Below, piece by piece: positions 46,914 to 57,109 of a stretch of 64,000 bases of DNA (positions are counted from its first letter, which is position 1; each line of letters opens with the position of its first letter). This DNA is from a virus. A program made the translations under genes and the position numbers. Below the pieces are notes generated by a model. It was not told where the DNA came from. It was given only the letters and a program-made list of their open reading frames with translations, and made no database searches. The stretch is taken from IMG/VR virus record IMGVR_UViG_3300028563_000011, positions 46,592 through 110,591 of that record; one strand, 5' to 3'.

Positions 46914-47404
46914 TTAGCACGGTCAGTATGATGGTTTTCTTCAGTCAGAGGAACCGGCTTTGCTTCTACAGCCTGTTCAAGCTTTGCTTTTTCAAACATA
47001 TCCTTTAGGATATCCTCCGCCTTAATAAGATCTTCTTCACTAGACCACTTAGCAAGATAAAGAATTACTCTTGCTTCTTCATTTGGTAAGTCATTCGCTA
47101 ATACAAACTTAGAAACTTCATGATAGATCCATTGTTGACTAAACCGGGCCGAACCTCGGAACGCAACCACTTCATACATAACAGAATGAAGCTTTTGCAC
47201 AGCGTGCAAGGCTTTCTCTAAATCCTGAATACCTTCAATACCTTCCTTTTGACGCCAACGCACAAGGTACTTTGAAGCATAGCCTTCGAGATAAGACATT
47301 CCAACTCGAACAGCAAAGTCCCAATGCTGGTAAGAAGAATTATAGTGGTTTCCACCAATTTGGTAGTTATTCGGATCAGTCACTTCATTCTCCTTTCCAT
47401 CCAC
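46898..47404 (-). CDS. DUF3310/SaV-like protein (putative nucleotide-related)
   Basis: QIGGNHY...WDF...KYLVRWRQK.G..DLEKA. Confidence 0.75.
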   Translation of the reverse strand: MDGKENEVTDPNNYQIGGNHYNSSYQHWDFAVRVGMSYLEGYASKYLVRWRQKEGIEGIQDLEKALHAVQKLHSVMYEVVAFRGSARFSQQWIYHEVSKFVLANDLPNEEARVILYLAKWSSEEDLIKAEDILKDMFEKAKLEQAVEAKPVPLTEENHHTDRANCTAL

Positions 47405-48462
47405 TCAACAACTGCTAATTTCCAATCTGGAGCTATCTTTGAAGCTTTAATACCCTCTAAAGCCTTAAGGCGGTCCCCTGAACGCCACAACTCATACCCT
47501 TCAAACAAAGGCGAAGCCGTATTCGTAAACCAACTATTATAGTAAGTTATAGGAGGTTCCAACTTATACACCCGTAACACTCGGCCCCCTCTAGTACCCA
47601 TAAAGCACATAAGATCTCTGTCAAACTTATCGGGAACTGTAACTATTGGAGTTACTCCCTCATCATAGTAGTTATTGAAGTTATACCCCAAAGTTGTCTT
47701 AAATTCCCTGACCACCCCCTTCACCTTATGCAAGATGTGCTCATAAATGTGGTAATTATTAGAAACTTGGTAATAGTAGCCAATTCCAACACCAATTCTA
47801 GCGGCCATGTATTCTTGCAATACCGAAAAATGTACTGCATTTGCGCCGTATGCTCCCCAAACAATATCATTTGAACGACAACACACTGTTATATCTAACT
47901 TAGATTGAGTATACCCCCCAATAAAATTGGCCACCTCCTCTTCAGTATCTCTAATCCTAAAATAAATATGTGTGTTACACGGTAAGTCCTTTTTCTTTGC
48001 CCCAAGATCAGCTACTGGATCCCACATTGTAAGAACCGCTTGACGACTCTTCGGATCTGCTCGCAACAACTCCACAATAGTATTAAGCTGGTCTGGAAGA
48101 CAAGGATGACCGCCGGCATCAAGATCAAAATGATTCCTCCAACGAAAACCATAAGCTCCATGCTGTATCCCCCCCTCTTCAGCAAAACGTGAAGAAAAAT
48201 CCTTCACAAAGTAATCTAACCAACGAGCATCATTACTCCCACTTAACATCCATAAACTCTCCATCAAATGAAAGAATGGATTAGCATCTCGAATTGGGGA
48301 AAGTAATACCCTCTCCTGAGAGTTGTGATAAACCGTTGTAACCGGGCAAGGAGAGACCAATACCCTTCCTACTCTAGAATCCTCATAATGACCCTCAGTC
48401 AATAGGTATTCAATCCCCATCGGCAAGGCTTCACGAACGTTCCGTACATGTATAACTCTCAT
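47380..48462 (-). CDS. Thymidylate-synthase-like dUMP hydroxymethylase
   Basis: RDANPFFHLMESLWML, AYGFRWR, DLPCN, RSNDIVWGAYGAN (Asn indicates dUMP specificity) and NYHIY; located in a hypermodification cluster. Confidence 0.8.
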   Translation of the reverse strand: MRVIHVRNVREALPMGIEYLLTEGHYEDSRVGRVLVSPCPVTTVYHNSQERVLLSPIRDANPFFHLMESLWMLSGSNDARWLDYFVKDFSSRFAEEGGIQHGAYGFRWRNHFDLDAGGHPCLPDQLNTIVELLRADPKSRQAVLTMWDPVADLGAKKKDLPCNTHIYFRIRDTEEEVANFIGGYTQSKLDITVCCRSNDIVWGAYGANAVHFSVLQEYMAARIGVGIGYYYQVSNNYHIYEHILHKVKGVVREFKTTLGYNFNNYYDEGVTPIVTVPDKFDRDLMCFMGTRGGRVLRVYKLEPPITYYNSWFTNTASPLFEGYELWRSGDRLKALEGIKASKIAPDWKLAVVEWMERRMK

Positions 48463-48746
48463 TGAAACAAATCCTCTTTATAACTTGAGATACCACCTTG
48501 TTCAGTACAACGTACCCCTAACCTAAAAGGAAGGAGATCAAAACGCCAGTACTCCTTATGGCCACACTGACTACAATGACAAATCTCTACATTTTCATAC
48601 TGAGAAAGAACCCAAATATCAGGTTGGTCTTTCTGATAAGCCCATAACTTACAGTTGGGACATTTTGGGGAGACTCCAGACAAATCTCGGATTTTGCCTT
48701 CCACATACTTCTTTACCCATCGCCAAAATTTAACATTCAAAAACAT
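48459..48746 (-). CDS. Zn-ribbon hypothetical protein
   Basis: CPNC...CSQC. Confidence 0.45.
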   Translation of the reverse strand: MFLNVKFWRWVKKYVEGKIRDLSGVSPKCPNCKLWAYQKDQPDIWVLSQYENVEICHCSQCGHKEYWRFDLLPFRLGVRCTEQGGISSYKEDLFQ

Positions 48747-49282
48747 GGATTCCCTCTCACTTTAGCCATATACTTAATAACATTATCAGCGTCTTCCACC
48801 ATCCTATTCATAGTAGAAAGCATGTTCTGTATTGAATCCTCAACATCATGAATAATTGGTAACGCATACTTATTCCCCATATTCAGTTCAACCCTACCAC
48901 ATTCCCAAAGATCTAACAAATCACACAACTTAACCCTTACTTTATACAACCGCCAACTAGGATCATTCTCAAAATTAGAGACATCTCCTCCCATTGCTTC
49001 TATACTTTGCTTCTCGATACGGTCATGTTCCTCCTTAAACACAGGATTCTTACTCTTTACCGGGTAAGGAGCATCCCCAGAAACTATTTCCCCACAATCA
49101 TGCCAAAGAATGTAATTACTTACTTCCGGAGGCATCATACCCCATATTTGGGTATAAATCCTCATGACCTGGAATACATGTTCTCCAACCGTTTGCCGGT
49201 GATGAACTGGCCAAGTATGGTAACGCAAAACCTGGCCTGCAAACCTAGCTGTCGTAAGAAAAGCTTGGCGAGTTAATCTCAT
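48737..49282 (-). CDS. HD-domain nucleotidase (YfbR-like)
   Basis: RYH...QTVGEH...LWHDCGE...GD.P.PVK...KLCD. Confidence 0.8.
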   Translation of the reverse strand: MRLTRQAFLTTARFAGQVLRYHTWPVHHRQTVGEHVFQVMRIYTQIWGMMPPEVSNYILWHDCGEIVSGDAPYPVKSKNPVFKEEHDRIEKQSIEAMGGDVSNFENDPSWRLYKVRVKLCDLLDLWECGRVELNMGNKYALPIIHDVEDSIQNMLSTMNRMVEDADNVIKYMAKVRGNPCF

Positions 49283-49292
49283 TAAACACCTT

Positions 49293-50174
49293 TTAGTAAG
49301 CTGTTTCTGGTCTGTATTTAGACCGAGGACGACCCTCCCCGTTCTTTACCCTTAGGTATTTGTCAGCCTCACAAAGACAATTTTGAAGATCCATCAAAGT
49401 AATATCCTCATACTGAGGACCCAACCTTGAGATTACTTCTTTACGCCATTGCTGTAATTGATGGTTCCAAACCGAAGGAGCATGTCTTGTCCTCAAAGGG
49501 TATTCCATAAGGCGATTAAAGCCTCGGATACTACCCGGACCTTGAGGAGCCCAAGTATAAATATCCGTAGCTTTAGCTAACAACGGTGTCCAAGTCCAGT
49601 CATCAACAACCTGGCCCGCCATAAATCCACCCCAAAACTTTAGGGTAGTTAATTCTCGCCATACTTCAAACTTGGATGGTGCTTTCATTTCCATCAAAGC
49701 TAATAGTAAACCAATATGTGGCCCCAACCCATGAACAATTATCTCGTTGATTATACCAAAATGTTTCTTCTTACCCTGCCATTCCCTAGCAGACTTAATC
49801 ATATACGCCCCAGTCCACAACTTCTCCTTATTCAAATGCCTTGAATCCATAACCTCAAGTACAGATCCCCAATCTATTCCATTCTGATACAACCCTGCAT
49901 CTATTACTGCTTTAATAGTAGGAGGCCAATTACACCACCTACAAAAGGCTGAGAACTGTAGAAAAGAATGAGCCCCAACCCGTACAAACTGAGCCTCTGT
50001 CAATACGTTATTACATAACCAAACTGAGACCCTATCTTCCCTTCTCCGCACATTACAAAACCTAAAAGTTTGCAGAATGGGGTCTTCCGTCCAAGGAGAC
50101 GGAAGCCCTGCAAGCTTCTTATTACGTATAGAATCCCGCTCTGCAATCCAATAGATCAAGGGCTCTATATTCAT
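49293..50174 (-). CDS. 5-hmdU DNA kinase helical-domain protein (aGPT-Pplase1 family)
   Basis: ER..I...K..G...PWTEDPIL..FRFCNVRRREDRVS, GFMAGQVVDD, GPGSIRG and QNCLCEADKY. Confidence 0.85.
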   Translation of the reverse strand: MNIEPLIYWIAERDSIRNKKLAGLPSPWTEDPILQTFRFCNVRRREDRVSVWLCNNVLTEAQFVRVGAHSFLQFSAFCRWCNWPPTIKAVIDAGLYQNGIDWGSVLEVMDSRHLNKEKLWTGAYMIKSAREWQGKKKHFGIINEIIVHGLGPHIGLLLALMEMKAPSKFEVWRELTTLKFWGGFMAGQVVDDWTWTPLLAKATDIYTWAPQGPGSIRGFNRLMEYPLRTRHAPSVWNHQLQQWRKEVISRLGPQYEDITLMDLQNCLCEADKYLRVKNGEGRPRSKYRPETAY

Positions 50175-51136
50175 TTGGGCTGTTCTTGAGGTTGAGGGTT
50201 GGGTTTAGTCATAATGTTTGAGATAGCTTCAAACATTCCTGGAGTAATAACCATCGGCGGGCCTTTTGTCTCAAGCCCCTTACCTAAACCCTCCTGGATT
50301 TTAAGCTGAGCCAAAGCTTCTAAGACCGACATGACCGGCAAAAGCTTCTCGGCTGCATAGCGGTCATTCACAGCCTTTTGTACGTCCTTATCAAACTCAA
50401 AGGTATTTGCCCAACCAATAAAGTCGAGCGAAATACCTTTTATTTCTGCCCACTGTTGAAACTCTTTTTCAACAATGTCCATAATCTGAACAGCTTGAGC
50501 ATTTGCCTCATCAAAGGTACGCTGATTAATCTGGTTGCAAACTAAGGTTTGTACCTTCTTACGCCCCACATCATTCATTACATCGCCCAAACTGCGACCA
50601 TAGTACACAGAAGTAAAGATCACTTCACCAGAAGTGCGGTCGCCTTTAGGAGGAGTCACTCCAAATTTATAGAGAAACTTAGCAGCATCCTTTTCCTGAA
50701 CCGAAGTCCCAATGGAAACTCCAACAGTAATATTCAAACCTTCCTTACTTTGACAAGGGAAGCCCTCCTTTCGAGGAGAACTCCCTCGATTAACATCATC
50801 CACCCATTCATGGGAATACGTGGAACGATCAAGAATAACCAAACGTCCTGTTGGAACATAGTAATCCCAAGCCAAGTACCCACCAGAGTTGGTTAATTTC
50901 TGATGAGGAATAATAAAGCGCTTTACGGCTAGTTTATTAGAATTTAGGAAATCTTCTGTCTCAAACTTAGTCTGAGACCCTTTCGTATCCCCAACATCAG
51001 GGATCCAAAAGGCAGATTCATTAGGCATAATCGTATACGCCTCGGTACGCTCGGTCTTCTCAAAGAAGGCAAAAGTAGGAGTTGACGCCACAATCACTGC
51101 GGTTGTTGTCAACAACATTTTCCATTTGTTAGTCAT
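50171..51136 (-). CDS. SPFH/band-7-like protein
   Basis: N-terminal signal, SKEGLNITVG, and a C-terminal helical region. Confidence 0.6.
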   Translation of the reverse strand: MTNKWKMLLTTTAVIVASTPTFAFFEKTERTEAYTIMPNESAFWIPDVGDTKGSQTKFETEDFLNSNKLAVKRFIIPHQKLTNSGGYLAWDYYVPTGRLVILDRSTYSHEWVDDVNRGSSPRKEGFPCQSKEGLNITVGVSIGTSVQEKDAAKFLYKFGVTPPKGDRTSGEVIFTSVYYGRSLGDVMNDVGRKKVQTLVCNQINQRTFDEANAQAVQIMDIVEKEFQQWAEIKGISLDFIGWANTFEFDKDVQKAVNDRYAAEKLLPVMSVLEALAQLKIQEGLGKGLETKGPPMVITPGMFEAISNIMTKPNPQPQEQPK

Positions 51137-51407
51137 TAGTCTTAATACTCCTAATAAGGGTTTTGATAGGCTTTATCCAGATACTCACCAACAGAACAAC
51201 AAAAATTGCTGTTATAGCAAATGTTGTTCCCAACAACAGGTGATTCCCATAAGAAAACACTAAATACCCAGGGTCGCTACTATTGAATTGCTCTCCAGCA
51301 AGTTTAGACTGGACCAAGGTAGCAACAGGAGTGTAAGCCGCCATTATAGATACGTACATCCCTCCTAGTACTACACTAGCGGTAACTCTAAGCGGTATAC
51401 TCATCAT
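51129..51407 (-). CDS. Two-TM membrane protein
   Basis: Two hydrophobic helices; coupled to the SPFH gene. Confidence 0.6.
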   Translation of the reverse strand: MMSIPLRVTASVVLGGMYVSIMAAYTPVATLVQSKLAGEQFNSSDPGYLVFSYGNHLLLGTTFAITAIFVVLLVSIWIKPIKTLIRSIKTND

Positions 51408-51415
51408 ATTTCTCC

Positions 51416-51982
51416 TTATTTTGCTTCCCTTAGTAGTTTCAAGATAACCTCAACACCATCCTTTTGTGATAAAGGAATCACTGTCATCTTATCATCAGAG
51501 GTTATTCTCTTTGTGGATACAAATAGAGACTTGTACTTGTTTACAAGGTTTTTAGGATCAAAAGGACGAGTAATACCTTTCTTATCCCGACGACCTTGGG
51601 TATTACTTATACATACTTCTAATGAAGTATCCATAACCGCAACAATAGACTCTTTACCGTAAACCTCCATCGCTTTTTGAACACAACCAAAAGAACCACT
51701 ACAAAGTACTCCTTCAAACAAGACATGCCCACGCTTAGCGTATTTCTCAATTAATTCGGGGATGAGACTAAAGGGTTGGATCTGATCCGCACCCCCCGTT
51801 GGGGTACGGTAAGGCCCTAACACAAAAACCGGCTTGGCCCAATACTTCCAAGAAAGCTGATAAGCCTCCGGCTGCTTAGGACCTAAAACCCCATACAACG
51901 GCTTAGGTGAGTACATACGTAATATAGCACGTACAATTGTGCTTTTGCCACTTCCATTTGTTCCAGATATATTTATTACCAT
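51416..51982 (-). CDS. P-loop kinase, 5-hmdU DNA kinase-like
   Basis: INISGTNGSGKST, LGPY...GGAD and VLFEG; adjacent to the amino acid:DNA transferase. Confidence 0.75.
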   Translation of the reverse strand: MVINISGTNGSGKSTIVRAILRMYSPKPLYGVLGPKQPEAYQLSWKYWAKPVFVLGPYRTPTGGADQIQPFSLIPELIEKYAKRGHVLFEGVLCSGSFGCVQKAMEVYGKESIVAVMDTSLEVCISNTQGRRDKKGITRPFDPKNLVNKYKSLFVSTKRITSDDKMTVIPLSQKDGVEVILKLLREAK

Positions 51983-52761
51983 TAGAATAACATACCTTTT
52001 GTCTTTATTTCTTCAGGACAATTCACTAATAGTTTCTCTGCGGTTGATCCCCATCCCTTCAAACCTTGTCTTATTTCATGAATATCTTTACCTACCCAAT
52101 AGTGACCTTTATGATATGATTTGTATTTACAAAGTATGGTCTCGACCTCCTGTACCCCACAAGGTCGATCCCTTGTAGGGGGGGCCTTAAATCGGCTAAA
52201 AACGGCCAAGAGGCGCTTCATTTCGACTTCGGGGGACTTACCCCCAGCAACGAGCTCTAGCCCTTCCCTAGGCTCCTTATAGATATAGCAAAGATCTTCC
52301 GGAAAGGTAATAGGAACACTCAAACACCTTTCCAACATATCTGCAGCTTTGAATGCAATCCAAGGACCAAACAAAGGCCATCTCGTTATATAATTAAGAA
52401 CACTTTCAAGTGTTCTTGCTTCAAGCAAAGTTATAATATAGGTAGTAGGCTTATTTTTACTTAGCACCTCAACAGCCTCAATACACTTCTCCCCTCGAAA
52501 ATGACGGCGTTCCGCTCCACGAGGCCAACGTCCTCGAACAAAAGATGGCTGCTTATTTAAGGCGGCCATCTTCATACACTCCCAGAACTTACTTTGTTCA
52601 CTAAGCCAAGCAGCAGACCCCAAGTGGTAAAAGCACCAATATGCCAAAAGTAGCTTAGATAATTGTTCCTGATCTAGCTTTGCTTTTACTATGGCTATAT
52701 AAACAGGGTCGAGATCCCCCATCTTGATAAGTTGTTCACCAAATTCTTCGATCTTCATCAT
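51982..52761 (-). CDS. Amino acid:DNA transferase (aGPT-Pplase2/AADT family)
   Basis: GDLDPVY, AYWCFYHLG, WPRGAERRHFRG, FGPWIAFKAADM and EVETILCKYK. Confidence 0.85.
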   Translation of the reverse strand: MMKIEEFGEQLIKMGDLDPVYIAIVKAKLDQEQLSKLLLAYWCFYHLGSAAWLSEQSKFWECMKMAALNKQPSFVRGRWPRGAERRHFRGEKCIEAVEVLSKNKPTTYIITLLEARTLESVLNYITRWPLFGPWIAFKAADMLERCLSVPITFPEDLCYIYKEPREGLELVAGGKSPEVEMKRLLAVFSRFKAPPTRDRPCGVQEVETILCKYKSYHKGHYWVGKDIHEIRQGLKGWGSTAEKLLVNCPEEIKTKGMLF

Positions 52762-53954
52762 ATGAAACGGTCGAATTCTTCTACGCTTCCAATCTGGACA
52801 CCACTACTCAACTTGTCTTTGATTGCTATTAACTCCACATTTGTATCGTGTCTTAAACAATGAAAATTACAATCTTTGGACGCATCCAACCGTTCCATCA
52901 CTTGTTGACGCTGCTGGCCTTTCCAAACCTCACTAAAACTGTGTTGATTCACATCCCCCACCTGCATCCTATCTTTCCCACGCCAATAAGGGCATACAAA
53001 AACACCTGTAGGTGTCACTGTTGTCCTCATATGTGTTGAGGGACAACTCTTGTAGCTTTTGGATTGATTGGACGTTACTCCTTCCAGGGAATACTTGAGA
53101 TTAATCGCCTTAATGATCTTAAAGCTATCAGTCTCCAACTCATCAAGCCGAGCAACCTCTCTAGCAGCCTCTTTCATCAAGTCTGGAGAATGCTTCATCA
53201 AAGCATGATTTATTCCATCCCGCCATTGATACGTAGGCTTCACTTCAAAATAATCACATCCAATATCTCTTGCTAAAACTGCTCCATCGTAAATTTCACC
53301 GATGTTACTTGGAATACCAACACCATCAGCGGGGGTCTGAATCAAAAACGAGTACCCTAACTTACCTTTCTTGGACTTTGACAATAACCTCATATTATTT
53401 ACAATCTTGTCAAATTTGCTCTTCCCACCCTTTGTCGGACGTAAAACGCTAAACATCCTATCAGTAGCAGCATCCATAGATACTCTTGTCCACTTTGAAT
53501 ACTCAGAAATCACTTCTAAGTGGCGATCTATGAAACTACCATTTGTAGTAATGCCAATATGAATATCATTCTCCCCCAACAACCTAATCAATTCCCCAAT
53601 CTTTCTATGAGCTAACGGCTCTCCCCCACCAATCAAAATTACGGCCTTTACTCTGCAATCAATAAACTCTCTTCCTAGATTCAACAACCGCTCATCAGTA
53701 AAACGATTACCTAAAGCAACCAAATCCTCACTAATACACCCAGGACAAGCAAGGTCACAAGCTGCAGTCGGGTCTAACTCAACCACAAACGGAGAATGAT
53801 TCCCCTCAATCCAATCTGTATTACTCACTCGATCAAGAACTTTCTCTTGATACAATTTCTTGGTTAGATTCATTGTGATTGACATTTGAAAGAATCCTTT
53901 ATCCGTACTTTTGTGTGGAGTCTTGGTCTTCTCGCTTTTTAAGCCACTTCTCAA
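52758..53954 (-). CDS. Radical SAM enzyme with SPASM/twitch domain
   Basis: CDLACPGC, GGGEP, TTNG and C-terminal Cys cluster. True start is probably near MSITM (about 53885). Confidence 0.9.
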   Translation of the reverse strand: MRSGLKSEKTKTPHKSTDKGFFQMSITMNLTKKLYQEKVLDRVSNTDWIEGNHSPFVVELDPTAACDLACPGCISEDLVALGNRFTDERLLNLGREFIDCRVKAVILIGGGEPLAHRKIGELIRLLGENDIHIGITTNGSFIDRHLEVISEYSKWTRVSMDAATDRMFSVLRPTKGGKSKFDKIVNNMRLLSKSKKGKLGYSFLIQTPADGVGIPSNIGEIYDGAVLARDIGCDYFEVKPTYQWRDGINHALMKHSPDLMKEAAREVARLDELETDSFKIIKAINLKYSLEGVTSNQSKSYKSCPSTHMRTTVTPTGVFVCPYWRGKDRMQVGDVNQHSFSEVWKGQQRQQVMERLDASKDCNFHCLRHDTNVELIAIKDKLSSGVQIGSVEEFDRFI

Positions 53955-54843
53955 TGTGAGTCTTTACAAGCTCAACCGAATTACGATTGTTATGAAGGCT
54001 AGTATAATGCCAACCTTCATCAAGCCAAGCATCATAAGGCTCGCACTTTGGCCAAGCCTTACCATCAAACCTATTCTTCAATAGCCCTTCATAGCAAGAG
54101 ACACTTGGAACATTACCCAAAGCCTCTTCTAAGAAAGCTTTACACCAAAGCGTAGCATTCAATAACTCCTCGGGAGTCTTCGGCATAAAAAAGTGTCTAA
54201 ACTCAACTGTGTCCGTCTGCATCAACTGTCGTAAATTTACACAATTCCTGGGCACGATTGCCCAATGAAATTTGCCAGTTTCCTCATGAACAACTTCAGC
54301 CTGAAAGAACTCTAAAGGTGTCCTTGCCTTCATCTGTACTTCTAATCGGCGTTTTGACAAGAGCGTATGATGATCCCTCAATCGCTTCTTATAATTTTTC
54401 ATAGACATCCTTGGGTTTATTAAAGGAGCAGGCCAAGATATAGGGTCAATAATTGGTAATAACTCCGGCATAGCCAAGTGAATAAAAGTCTGGAGCCGCT
54501 TCAACTTACTCAAATCATCTCTTAACCCCGGTACCCGAACATGGATATTCAACCCAGAGCGATAATTGGAAGTTGTCTCTGGCCACCTATGCATAATCCA
54601 ATCAAACTGATCAACAGGCCCACCAGCAGACTCTGAAGGTACAGTAAGAATTTCTCCACCTAAATGATAGGCTTTGCCTTTTCCATCAACCGCAACTCCA
54701 TTTGAGTTTACGTTGTGATGTTCTGCTTCATCAATAGCCATCCCCGGCATCAGGGGTTCACTATTGGGCCAATCAACAAGTTCGAGCTCCGCACCATATG
54801 TCCACTTATTTGAATCACAACTATATTTATGTGTTGTAGCCAT
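53899..54843 (-). CDS. Putative amidoligase (COOH-NH2 ligase, glutamate-cysteine ligase fold)
   Basis: TYGAELE, GGEI, SGLNIHV and VNL...TVEFRHF. Confidence 0.75.
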   Translation of the reverse strand: MATTHKYSCDSNKWTYGAELELVDWPNSEPLMPGMAIDEAEHHNVNSNGVAVDGKGKAYHLGGEILTVPSESAGGPVDQFDWIMHRWPETTSNYRSGLNIHVRVPGLRDDLSKLKRLQTFIHLAMPELLPIIDPISWPAPLINPRMSMKNYKKRLRDHHTLLSKRRLEVQMKARTPLEFFQAEVVHEETGKFHWAIVPRNCVNLRQLMQTDTVEFRHFFMPKTPEELLNATLWCKAFLEEALGNVPSVSCYEGLLKNRFDGKAWPKCEPYDAWLDEGWHYTSLHNNRNSVELVKTHIEKWLKKREDQDSTQKYG

Positions 54844-54857
54844 ACATAAGAGCCTTC

Positions 54858-55694
54858 CTACGAAAGTGCTGACATTAATTCATGAGCACACCAACCAGCC
54901 GCTAACGTACCATTCTTAGCTCCGCCGGTCGCAACCCATAACCCAGGTTTTACCTCTTTGAGCAAACAAGGCTTCTCCACATGGTAAGGACGAATACCAA
55001 ACAAACGACTGGGCGCTGTTGTTAACCCAACCGCCTTAGAACAACGGTCCAAACTCTTCAACTCATACGCCTTGTTCCAATTCTTCCACAGAATTGAAGT
55101 CCCATCCCCAACCCACAGACCATCCCCACGATTAAATCCTACAATTTGCTTGTATGGGGCCCAAGGTTGCACAAAAGGCTGATCAAGTTGATTTTCAGGC
55201 CACAAAAAAGCTACACCCGCTAATCCCTTTTGTTCCACTTCAGGTACTAGCAACTCAGTCCAAATACCTGCTGCTACTATCAGCGTCTTGGCTCTTATAG
55301 GGTAATGCAAATTAGATTGACACAAATTAGATTGACAATGAAGTAACCAACAATCACTTTCTTTCCTGATTCTTTTTACTGAGGCCTGCTCACGTTCCAG
55401 ACACAAAATGTCTATGGGCGGTATCCAAAAGACCCTTGTATCGATTAATTTGCCAACCTTAAAAGAAACTTCAAGTACCCTATACAATTTATTCAGAGTT
55501 TCTAATGCCGGATCATAAATGGTTTTGCCTAATGATGTAAACCAACTGTGTTTCATTAAACAAGCAGCAGGAATGCTCCCCGAATCATTATAACCTCCAT
55601 CTATAACAAGAACCCTCCGACCAATTGATCGAAGGGCTTTTGTAATAACCGAGCCAAATATACCGGCTCCTATAACAACAACGTCTTGAATCAT
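54858..55694 (-). CDS. FAD-dependent oxidoreductase (DAO/glycine oxidase-like)
   Basis: VVVIGAGIFG, IVAAGIW, FGIRP and ATGGAKNG. Confidence 0.85.
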   Translation of the reverse strand: MIQDVVVIGAGIFGSVITKALRSIGRRVLVIDGGYNDSGSIPAACLMKHSWFTSLGKTIYDPALETLNKLYRVLEVSFKVGKLIDTRVFWIPPIDILCLEREQASVKRIRKESDCWLLHCQSNLCQSNLHYPIRAKTLIVAAGIWTELLVPEVEQKGLAGVAFLWPENQLDQPFVQPWAPYKQIVGFNRGDGLWVGDGTSILWKNWNKAYELKSLDRCSKAVGLTTAPSRLFGIRPYHVEKPCLLKEVKPGLWVATGGAKNGTLAAGWCAHELMSALS

Positions 55695-56171
55695 TCAAGA
55701 AAATGCCCTCTAAATCATGTCCTATCCTGTAGGCCTGGCCAAGCCAATGACCACTTAGACTATTAGGTCTTATCAGCTACTAAGATACACAAGGGTTAGT
55801 CCAGGCAGAGATATCCTTTTCAGACCAATCCTCTGGGTATATGTCGTATACCGCAAATAGAATTGGATCAATAGGCTCTTTCGTGGTTACCTTATTACCA
55901 CCTTGGCGATACTTATATTCCTCTTTTGGCTTGTCTTCTTTAGTCATAGCCTACTACCCCATTATTAGGAAGTGTACCCCCTTGCCTAGGCCGGTGAGGT
56001 ATCAAAGACCCTTAAATGTTGGGTTAAGGGGCCTTCCCATTCTCCGTTTAAGGTCCAACCGCATTTCCACCAACAATAGCGCGCTTTAGACCCAAGGTAT
56101 TTCACCTTGCTTTCCTTACCTAGGTTCGGGACGCTTGCCGAAGTTGATCGTCCAATCAAAGGCGACTTGCG

Positions 56172-56432
56172 TCATAGCGACGAAAACCACATGACGAACA
56201 ACCAGATCCCGCCACCGGAAGCGAGCAGCAGTCCGCCGACCAGAGGGATGGCTAAAAATGCGGGAACCACGTCCCCACGGATAGTGGATGTCAGCCACAT
56301 GGCGCCAAGGGAAAGGAGCAAACCAGTAACGACCATCAAGAGGGCGATCCACTTCATTGTCTTACATCTAATCCTTAAGTCTAACCCTATACGGGCTTCG
56401 CACCTGTAGGAGCCTAAAGGGAATGAAACCAA
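56172..56432 (-). CDS. Small membrane protein
   Basis: Two hydrophobic helices, likely starting at MKWIALL. Confidence 0.4.
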   Translation of the reverse strand: MVSFPLGSYRCEARIGLDLRIRCKTMKWIALLMVVTGLLLSLGAMWLTSTIRGDVVPAFLAIPLVGGLLLASGGGIWLFVMWFSSL

Positions 56433-56464
56433 CTAGGTTTCAAACCCTCCAACTTAGCATACCT

Positions 56465-57109
56465 TTACTCAGTAACCTCAACTTCACCCAAACCTTGGAA
56501 ATAACGCAGGTTTGAGTAAGGCACCCCAGAGGCTACAAGTTCTGCCACGGTCATACCATCTCGATACTTTTTGAAGTAGTTAAACAACTTCGTACCGGCG
56601 CGGTGCGGGTTTTCCTTAACCATGACCTTGATTTTAGCATCCTTACTGAACAAAGGCTTACGACCCTTCGGTCCTACACCATTTCCAGATTTGGCGGCTT
56701 TTGCAGGCTTGTCAGCTTCAGTTGTTGACTCCTCAGCCCCAGCCTCAACACTTTCGGTAGCTTCACCTTCAGTAGCTCCCTCAACGGGAGCCTCCTCCGG
56801 CTCATAAACATGAGTCTCAGCATTACTCACTTTACTACCCTTCTTCTTTGCCATTGCTTGATCCTTTGTAGGTTTGATTTCAGGAAGAACCAAAAGCGTA
56901 AAGGGTTTCTTTTCCGCCTTGGCTACGATTGTAGCGTTAACCCAAACCTGGGCTTCCTCCGAGAGTTGATCCCACTGTGCATCCGAAAACTTACCGTGTG
57001 CCTTTTCAGCCACACGAAGAGTAAAATGTTCAGCGGTCTCACCAGATTTCGGAGTTAGCTCAGTTGCAGCTAACAATTCCGCCTGTACTTCTGCTTGCAC
57101 TTCTGCCAT
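56465..57109 (-). CDS. Hypothetical protein with acidic linker and putative C-terminal DNA-binding domain
   Basis: C-terminal ENPHRAGTK...YRDGMTVAE module. Confidence 0.5.
   Translation of the reverse strand: MAEVQAEVQAELLAATELTPKSGETAEHFTLRVAEKAHGKFSDAQWDQLSEEAQVWVNATIVAKAEKKPFTLLVLPEIKPTKDQAMAKKKGSKVSNAETHVYEPEEAPVEGATEGEATESVEAGAEESTTEADKPAKAAKSGNGVGPKGRKPLFSKDAKIKVMVKENPHRAGTKLFNYFKKYRDGMTVAELVASGVPYSNLRYFQGLGEVEVTE

Noticed and set aside
48737-49282. DatZ / 2-aminoadenine (Z-genome) pathway
   Set aside because: No PurZ or MazZ in the window; the context is 5hmdU thymidine modification.
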